In this document: one piece after another, positions 55,718 through 64,000 of the stretch | Position numbering within the stretch: the stretch's first letter is position 1 | Layout: the number at the start of each line of letters is the position of its first letter | Origin: Octopus vulgaris | Taxonomy: Eukaryota | Assembly: GCA_951406725.2 (NCBI GenBank) | Contig: OX597827.1 | Span: forward strand, 65,844,001 to 65,908,000 | Direction: 5' to 3' | Length of the DNA: 64,000 bases | Translations under genes and position numbers: made by a program | Notes under the pieces: generated by a model | What the model was told of the DNA's origin: nothing | The model's input: the letters and a program-made list of their open reading frames with translations, nothing else | Databases searched by the model: none

Positions 55718-55824
55718 ATTTCTTGTACGGTATACCGTTTCATCTGCTGTTTAATGGTAAACTAACCTGATTAAATTAAATCAAGCCAATCTTCCATAAG
55801 CCCTCAGATTCTTCAGCAAGAAAT
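55718..55824 (-). ncRNA. Type-I hammerhead ribozyme, array left arm copy 3
   Basis: Same motif. A fourth copy (56215-56301) is cut by the inversion and lacks CTGAAGA. Confidence 0.92.
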
Positions 55825-56307
55825 AGCTCAAGTCGGAACAGATATTTACACGAGGCATACCCAATCCTGCCAAGGCAATATCTGACCTAAAATTTGACCT
55901 AAAATTTTCAAATCGTCGCACTCGCGCCAAATTTATCGGCAGCAAATAAATCGTCGATTCCATTACGGAATTAACCAAAAAATTCATAATTAATCAATAT
56001 AGGGTGGCAAGGAAAATTTTGTAGAATTTTTTTGCCACTAGCGGCCCAGTGGGAAAAAATTAAATAGTCATAGACCATTTTTAAGTTCAACATTAACAAT
56101 TAAGGAACGGCCTTAATAGGCCATTCACCCACTAGAAATAACAGCCAAAGCTTCTACCGCAAATAAAGATCAATTCCGTAAACAGGAGAAAATTAAAAAA
56201 ACATTTACCCTGTAATTTCTTGTACGGTATACCGTTTCATCTGCTGTTTAATGGTAAACTAACCTGATTAAATTAAATCAAGCCAATCTTCCATAAGCCC
56301 TTGAGCT

Positions 56308-56414
56308 ATTTCTTGCTGAAGAATCTGAGGGCTTATGGAAGATTGGCTTGATTTAATTTAATCAGGTTAGTTTACCATTAAACAGCAGATGAAACGGTAT
56401 ACCGTACAAGAAAT
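56308..56414 (+). ncRNA. Type-I hammerhead ribozyme, array right arm copy 1
   Basis: Stem I 56308-15/56407-14, CTGAAGA 56316-22, stem II atctg/cagat, GAAA 56391-94, stem III cggt/accg, predicted cleavage after A56406. Confidence 0.93.
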
Positions 56415-56791
56415 TACAGGGTAAATGTTTTTTTAATTTTCTCCTGTTTACGGAATTGATCTTTATTTGCGGTAGAAGCTTTGGCTGTTATTTCTAGTGG
56501 GTGAATGGCCTATTATGGCCGTTCCTTAATTGTTAATGTTGAACTTAAAAATGGTCTATGACTATTTAATTTTTCCCACTGGGCCGCTGGTGGCAAAAAA
56601 ATTCTACAAAATTTTCCTTGCCACCCTATATTGATTAATTATGAATTTTTTGGTTAATTCCGTAATGGAATCGACGATTTATTTGCTGCCGATAAATTTG
56701 GCGCGAGTGCGACGATTTGAAAATTTTAGGTCAGATATTGCCTTGGCAGGATTGGGTATGCCTCGTGTAAATATCTGTTCCGACTTGAGCT

Positions 56792-56898
56792 ATTTCTTGC
56801 TGAAGAATCTGAGGGCTTATGGAAGATTGGCTTGATTTAATTTAATCAGGTTAGTTTACCATTAAACAGCAGATGAAACGGTATACCGTACAAGAAAT
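56792..56898 (+). ncRNA. Type-I hammerhead ribozyme, array right arm copy 2
   Basis: Same motif; predicted cleavage after 56890. Confidence 0.93.
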
Positions 56899-57274
56899 TA
56901 CAGGGTAAATGTTTTTTTAATTTTCTCCTGTTTACGGAATTGATCTTTATTTGCGGTAGAAGCTTTGGCTGTTATTTCTAGTGGGTGAATGGCCTATTAT
57001 GGCCGTTCCTTAATTGTTAATGTTGAACTTAAAATGGTCTATGACTATTTAATTTTTTCCCACTGGGCCGCTGGTGGCAAAAAAATTCTACAAAATTTTC
57101 CTTGCCACCCTATATTGATTAATTATGAATTTTTGGTTAATTCCGTAATGGAATCGACGATTTATTTGCTGCCGATAAATTTGGCGCGAGTGCGACGATT
57201 TGAAAATTTTAGGTCAGATATTGCCTTGGCAGGATTGGGTATGCCTCGTGTAAATATCTGTTCCGACTTGAGCT

Positions 57275-57381
57275 ATTTCTTGCTGAAGAATCTGAGGGCT
57301 TATGGAAGATTGGCTTGATTTAATTTAATCAGGTTAGTTTACCATTAAACAGCAGATGAAACGGTATACCGTACAAGAAAT
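57275..57381 (+). ncRNA. Type-I hammerhead ribozyme, array right arm copy 3
   Basis: Same motif; predicted cleavage after 57373. Confidence 0.93.
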
Positions 57382-57757
57382 TACAGGGTAAATGTTTTTT
57401 AATTTTCTCCTGTTTACGGAATTGATCTTTATTTGCGGTAGAAGCTTTGGCTGTTATTTCTAGTGGGTGAATGGCCTATTATGGCCGTTCCTTAATTGTT
57501 AATGTTGAACTTAAAAATGGTCTATGACTATTTAATTTTTTCCCACTGGGCCGCTGGTGGCAAAAAAATTCTACAAAATTTTCCTGCCACCCTATATTGA
57601 TTAATTATGAATTTTTTGGTTAATTCCGTAATGGAATCGACGATTTATTTGCTGCCGATAAATTTGGCGCGAGTGCGACGATTTGAAAATTTTAGGTCAG
57701 ATATTGCCTTGGCAGGATTGGGTATGCCTCGTGTAAATATCTGTTCCGACTTGAGCT

Positions 57758-57864
57758 ATTTCTTGCTGAAGAATCTGAGGGCTTATGGAAGATTGGCTTG
57801 ATTTAATTTAATCAGGTTAGTTTACCAGTAAACAGCAGATGAAACGGTATACCGTACAAGAAAT
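57758..57864 (+). ncRNA. Type-I hammerhead ribozyme, array right arm copy 4
   Basis: Same motif with one substitution in the stem II extension; predicted cleavage after 57856. Confidence 0.93.
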
Positions 57865-58242
57865 TACAGGGTAAATGTTTTTTTAATTTTCTCCTGTTTA
57901 CGGAATTGATCTTTATTTGCGGTAGAAGCTTTGGCTGTTATTTCTAGTGGGTGAATGGCCTATTATGGCCGTTCCTTAATTGTTAATGTTGAACTTAAAA
58001 ATGGTCTATGACTATTTAATTTTTTCCCACTGGGCCGCTGGTGGCAAAAAAATTCTACAAAATTTTCCTTGCCACCCTATATTGATTAATTATGAATTTT
58101 TTGGTTAATTCCGTAATGGAATCGACGATTTATTTGCTGCCGATAAATTTGGCGCGAGTGCGACGATTTGAAAATTTTAGGTCAGATATTGCCTTGGCAG
58201 GATTGGGTATGCCTCGTGTAAATATCTGTTCCGACTTGAGCT

Positions 58243-58349
58243 ATTTCTTGCTGAAGAATCTGAGGGCTTATGGAAGATTGGCTTGATTTAATTTAATCAG
58301 GTTAGTTTACCATTAAACAGCAGATGAAACGGTATACCGTACAAGAAAT
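58243..58349 (+). ncRNA. Type-I hammerhead ribozyme, array right arm copy 5
   Basis: Same motif; predicted cleavage after 58341. Confidence 0.93.
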
Positions 58350-58727
58350 TACAGGGTAAATGTTTTTTTAATTTTCTCCTGTTTACGGAATTGATCTTTA
58401 TTTGCGGTAGAAGCTTTGGCTGTTATTTCTAGTGGGTGAATGGCCTATTATGGCCGTTCCTTAATTGTTAATGTTGAACTTAAAAATGGTCTATGACTAT
58501 TTAATTTTTTCCCACTGGGCCGCTGGTGGCAAAAAAATTCTACAAAATTTTCCTTGCCACCCTATATTGATTAATTATGAATTTTTTGGTTAATTCCGTA
58601 ATGGAATCGACGATTTATTTGCTGCCGATAAATTTGGCGCGAGTGCGACGATTTGAAAATTTTAGGTCAGATATTGCCTTGGCAGGATTGGGTATGCCTC
58701 GTGTAAATATCTGTTCCGACTTGAGCT

Positions 58728-58834
58728 ATTTCTTGCTGAAGAATCTGAGGGCTTATGGAAGATTGGCTTGATTTAATTTAATCAGGTTAGTTTACCATTA
58801 AACAGCAGATGAAACGGTATACCGTACAAGAAAT
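58728..58834 (+). ncRNA. Type-I hammerhead ribozyme, array right arm copy 6
   Basis: Same motif; predicted cleavage after 58826. Confidence 0.93.
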
Positions 58835-59052
58835 TACAGGGTAAATGTTTTTTTAATTTTCTCCTGTTTACGGAATTGATCTTTATTTGCGGTAGAAGCT
58901 TTGGCTGTTATTTCTAGTGGGTGAATGGCCTATTATGGCCGTTCCTTAATTGTTAATGTTGAACTTAAAAATGGTCTATGACTATTTAATTTTTTCCCAC
59001 TGGGCCGCTGGTGGCAAAAAAATTCTACAAAATTTTCCTTGCCACCCTATAT

Positions 59053-59090
<38 letters not shown>

Positions 59091-59159
59091 TTACATATGC
59101 GTGCGAGCATTCGTGTGCATACGTGCGTGCAAGTGTGTATCGGTCTCTCTTTCTATCCT

Positions 59160-59220
<61 letters not shown>

Positions 59221-59776
59221 GTGTATACGCATTATTATATGTATGCATGTATGTATGTTGTATGCAATGCAAGTACGTATTCATTTGTTAAATAAGTAAT
59301 ATGTTCATATCTCACCCACTATCAAAACGCCTTAGAATCATTTTGATTTATTAATCAGAAAAGTATATTTAGTTGTGTTACATTAGATTGAAATACATTA
59401 AAACAAGTCAGTGTCGACAAGGCGTCCATGTGGAAAAACATTTTCAATTTCAAAATGAATATCGAAATAAGGCTACATGTAAAATGTTTTACAATGTCAT
59501 GGTATATACTAAAGTAGTTCATAATTTCTCCAGGTAAACCCAGTTGTTGCAAAATATCATGTAAGGATTCGTTGAAAATATAAACAGGTTTTTGATTTCT
59601 TATAATGAAATGATACCTTGACATAATCTAAATATAGTATTATGAAGGAATTTATTTGGGAAACATAAATATGCTTATTAAATGCATCTATTAAATATTT
59701 CGGAATTTTTGACACGATCATACTCTCTTTGGTATTAAGAAATACATACATACATATACATACATGCATACATACA

Positions 59777-59808
<32 letters not shown>

Positions 59809-59829
59809 AACTCTTTTCTCCCTCTCACT

Positions 59830-60035
59830 CTCTTTTGTTTTAGACATTTGACTGTGGCCATGCTGGAGTACCGCCTTTAGTCGAGCAAATAAACCTCAGG
59901 ACATTCTTTGTAAGCCTAGTACTTATTCTATCAGTCTCTTTTACCGAACCGCTAAGTTACGGGGACATAAACACACCACCATCGGTTGTCAGTCGATGAT
60001 AGGGCGACAAACACTGATACACAAACATATACACA
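59830..60035 (-). mobile_element. SINE family A, 3' half
   Basis: catttgactgtggccatgctggag..gaaccgctaagttacgggga. Confidence 0.8.
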
Positions 60036-60046
60036 CACATACATAC

Positions 60047-60134
<88 letters not shown>

Positions 60135-61394
60135 GAAAATTATTTAGGAAAACACTTTAAAAAACAGAATCTATTTAATAATGGAGAGACAAAACACATC
60201 TCGTCAAATGAAATTCTGCAGTTGCTCAGAACGTTATGTATGAGCAGTAGGTGTGCCTTAATAAAAATACAGACGTAAGGTCATTTTTTATTCAAGATCT
60301 CTCTCGTCTAATATACCTCTAGATAATCTATGACAATTCAACATCTTTTCCAAGGAACTCGTTGGCCGTGGACATAATATATAGGGTATCAGAGTATTTT
60401 AAATCTGGCAACCCACCCAATGCTAACTCCTTCCAATGATTAACCCCGTGATCCACCGATTAATTCTGAGAACTCGATCGAAGCTGCTAATCATCGGGGT
60501 GAAGTCGGCAAAGGAACAACCTGAATGTTTTGTAAAGGTAATTCTAATGCCAGGAAAATACAAGACTATGTAGTATTTTAATAGCAATTGTGCAACGTTT
60601 TCGGAATCATCAGTTCTCTTATTTAATGGAAGTTCTTTTTTTTTTTGTAATTGAATATGAAATGAAGGTGAGAACCTTTAAGATCGATTCCCTTGACAGT
60701 AAACAGTGCATTTATAAAATATGATAACCTGTATCCCCACAACACGATATTTTCAAACGAATAATATTGCACACATATTGATTTATATATTGTATAAATC
60801 AATCAAAAGTAAACGATATCGCTAGTCAAAACATCAGTCCTCCAGGTACTCAACAGACAAGTTCCAAACATCCGTCTTTTCAGCCAGACATTGAATGTTA
60901 CCAATTTAATTAATAAAACACTACTCAGCCGTGCTTAATACCACTTTTGAATTTATTCAACTTCCATAATTTTAATATATCAAAGTGAAAATGTGACTAT
61001 TCCAACAAAATAGAATTTCTATCTGAATACTCATTATTCTACACAATAAAGTTTGTTTTCCTTCTAATTTCAGTATTATAATTAATAATTTTCACCGAGT
61101 CGGTTTTGCTTTCCATTACTCTCGAATCGGTAAACCAAGTTGCAATCAAGCCGGTCTTCGATTAAATCAGTAAAGAACCTTATTATATTTGCCGGATATT
61201 TTCTAACTTGCAAATCATTAGCAAATTGCTTTCCACACTAGCTTATATTAGACCAGATCTCCTTCATTTGTGCCCTTAGGGACATATTTCCGACACCGTA
61301 ACCGTTAAAAAGATTTCGTTGGACATGAAGACAATTAGTCACACAGTATAATGTAAGCATTTCGCTTCGTGTTGACAGCTTACTATTTAAAAAC

Positions 61395-61645
61395 TGGCCT
61401 GGCAGAGTCTTTAGCATGCTACGCAAAATGCTTAGCGGCATTTCGTCTGTCTTTATATACTGAGTTCAAATTCTGCAGGGGCTGACTTTGCCTTTCATTC
61501 TTTTACCGAGGTTGACTTTGCCTTTCATCCTTTCGAGGTCGATTACATAAATACCAGTTACGCAGTTGTGTCGATGTAATCCACTATGTATGTCCTCTTT
61601 GTTTATCCGCTTTGTTTTTAGCCCCCTGTGGGCAATAAAGAAATA
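61395..61645 (+). mobile_element. SINE family B, degenerate
   Basis: atgcttagcggcatttcgtctg..gactttgcctttcatcctttcg..ttagccccctgtgggcaataaagaaata. Confidence 0.75.
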
Positions 61646-62145
61646 TATTTAAAAATGTAATATGAACAAAAGTGTTTCTTTTGTTATTGAAGATATTTAT
61701 AATACTTTCAATATTTAATGTTGGATATACTTATGTATATGCATATTGCTTATGCCGTTATTGCCAAATAGCTTGCTAGATTTGTATAATTTAACAGTAT
61801 TCGCAACATTGCAAAGTAATTTTTAATCTATTTGACAAATGGGAGTTCAAAGAAAGCCGTGAAATATATAATGACATAGGAAATTGCATTTGATTCCGGA
61901 TCGTTTGATATTTAAGTTTAATACCATATGCATTAATGAATAGGGAAATTGTGTAGTTCCAATCTTTCAAACCTTTCTACATTGTTATTAACACTTTTTT
62001 TACATTTTGATAATTAACCACAGACTCGGCTCTGTTGTATTTTGCTTCCAAAAGATATGGTTTCGCCTTCAGTCTCGCTGCGTGGAACGTGGGACAAGTA
62101 ATACTTACTATAGCCCGGATACATATATATATATATATTATATAT

Positions 62146-62189
<44 letters not shown>

Positions 62190-62329
62190 TTGTGTGTACG
62201 TGTGTATGTGTGTTGTGAGACCATTGCATGTTTGCGCTCCCGAAATGTTGTGGTTTGGTATAAAAGAGATTGTGTGTTTGAGCGTGTATGTGTGTGTATA
62301 GGAATTGATTTTTACTGCAAAAGGAACAT

Positions 62330-62945
62330 ATACATATCTCATTTGTCCTCGCACACAATCCAAAGAACCACAATATTCTATAACCAGCCGAACGCCTTCT
62401 ACCAATTCTACACAAGTCCCTATGTCTCCGACAAACAATCAAGGAACAACAAAGAGTCAACAGCCGAATGCAACCACCAAGACTTAAGAAACTTCTGACC
62501 AAAGCAAGATTCACATCAGAGGAAGAAATTATGCAAGTTACCAAAAGTGAAACCGCCCAATGAGGGTCATGTGATTTAATAGAACTGGGAGCAGTCAAAA
62601 AATTCAAGAATGGAAAAGAATTAAAGGTGAATGCAAATATGAACTGCAAAAGCAAAAACCTGATATATTGTATCACATGCACACGATGCAACGAACAAAA
62701 GCGAAATTAACCAACCGTGTACATGTGCATAGACATCAAATAACACATCCATACTTAGATGCCTACCATGTAGCGATCATTTGCACACATTTGCACACAT
62801 TTGCACAAGGAAAATTTACAATTTTCTTTCTTCATAACATAAATGAAGGCAAAAGAAGAATATTTCATGAGATTTCTGAGTCAGAAGCTAAATCGGAAAC
62901 AGTCACCGACAATTTTACTGAAAACCACTTTCACTATATATAATA
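62330..62945 (+). pseudogene. Old, decayed Penelope-like 3' fragment (linker + GIY-YIG) from a different lineage
   Basis: Remnants VLAHNPKN..LLPIL, QPPRLKKLLTKARF, CDLIELG..KFKNGKELKVNANMNCKSKNLIYCITCTRCNE and LTNRVHVHRHQITHP align in order with the young PLE (STYNPRN..LPIL, QPKSLKKILTKAKL, CPNLLEG..FTCASENIIYVIKCSGC, LRRRCTLHRQQIAFP). Confidence 0.8.
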
Positions 62946-63148
62946 AGACGTGTTTAAAAACGTTAAGGATTGCAAGCTATTGCACATTTATAAAAGCAAT
63001 ACCTAAGCACATTTTATGAAACCCCTTTCCAAAGGTTAGAGTCTTTCAATTTTGTAAAATGGTTCTTTTGTCAATCTTAACTCTCTGAGAAAAAATTTTC
63101 TCTCCAAATATTATAGCTTTATCAAGGAATTTCCAAAACACTCTAAAG

Positions 63149-63210
<62 letters not shown>

Positions 63211-63219
63211 GTGTATACA

Positions 63220-63252
<33 letters not shown>

Positions 63253-63509
63253 ATATATATATATATATATGTGTGTATATATACAGTATATATCATAGAG
63301 GTTGAATCGAAAGGTGGTTACAGAGCTATAATCATAAGAGAATTGCGTAGTCATTTTTTTTTCATTTTTTCAAACGACAAGAAGCTACTTAATTTGTGTT
63401 TAGCATCTTAGTTATGTTAATCTGAGCTATATTTCCACTGCGGCATTATTACATTACCATCAATAACTTTTCTACACAAGAGACTGCGAGCCTATTTTCA
63501 GATAGAAAC

Positions 63510-63584
63510 TTAGTTGATCAAAGTGAAATTCCAGATTGTTCTCACGAACATATGTGTACACGCACATACATACATACATATATA

Positions 63585-63643
<59 letters not shown>

Positions 63644-63751
63644 GCATATATTTATATATATATGCATATATATATATATATATATATACGTATATATATA
63701 TATATGTGTGTATATACAGATATATACGTATGTAAATGTGTTTATATATAC

Positions 63752-63789
<38 letters not shown>

Positions 63790-63893
63790 ATATATATATA
63801 TATATGTATATGTATATATAAACACATTTACATACGTATATATCTGTATATACAGATATATACGTATGTAAATGTGTTTATATATACATATAC

Positions 63894-63947
<54 letters not shown>

Positions 63948-64000
63948 GTATATATAAACACATTTACATACGTATATAACTGTATATACACACATTTACA
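63510..64000. repeat. (TA)-rich compound microsatellite with a ~130-bp local duplication
   Basis: tatacagatatatacgtatgtaaatgtgttt..aaacacatttacatacgtata occurs twice (~63712 and ~63849). Confidence 0.8.

Larger units (their letters stand above)
54628..59056. repeat. Head-to-head tandem array of ~485-bp hammerhead-containing units (candidate non-LTR retrozyme, family A)
   Basis: Left arm 54628-56301 has units of 483, 484 and 497 bp plus a 210-bp partial, sense on minus. Right arm 56300-59056 has ~5.7 units with periods 484/483/483/485/485, sense on plus. Units are near-identical; (TA)n at both ends. Confidence 0.96.

Noticed and set aside
56641-56835. Repeated 64-aa ORF (MNFLVNSVME...) in the array units as a protein-coding gene
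   Set aside because: No recognisable domain, it overlaps the ribozyme, and the homologous position in the sister monomer reads ATG ATT TTC TGA. The repetition only reflects unit identity.
54628-59056. Array as CRISPR, rDNA/5S or plain satellite
   Set aside because: No spacer variation and no rRNA similarity that I recognise; a plain satellite would not explain the covarying HHR.
60300-61390. Possible decayed LINE RT on the minus strand (VPKGT, QFANDL)
   Set aside because: Only two short degenerate motifs; needs a translated search before it can be called.

Overview
AT-rich, microsatellite-dense eukaryotic DNA with no recognisable host exon. The SINE and transposon repertoire looks like an Octopus (cephalopod) genome, which is an inference from recalled repeat sequences. 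Most ORFs in the supplied track are microsatellite read-throughs. The main signal is a set of hammerhead-ribozyme (HHR) retroelements. (i) A 4.4-kb head-to-head array of ~485-bp units (54628-59056) carries a complete type-I HHR in every full unit (9 intact, 1 truncated), making it a candidate non-LTR retrozyme / circular-RNA locus. (ii) A diverged sister monomer (25281-25810) has a covarying HHR and the same end points, and lies directly against (iii) a young Penelope-like element (RT + GIY-YIG, 22606-25260; a second palindromic copy at 2011-3445) whose 3' repeat holds a minimal HHR with a compensated U3-A8 core. (iv) A 341-bp fold-back mini-element (42873-43213) holds an HHR with a compensated G3-C8 core, and several more minimal HHRs occur in other small repeats. 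The four elements in (i)-(iv) share one architecture: 5' ends joined, 3' ends pointing outward into (TA)n. The window also contains decayed mariner/Tc1 elements, an R4/Dong-type LINE relic, an older Penelope relic and three tRNA-derived SINE families. All structures were read by eye; ribozyme activity, expression and novelty are untested.
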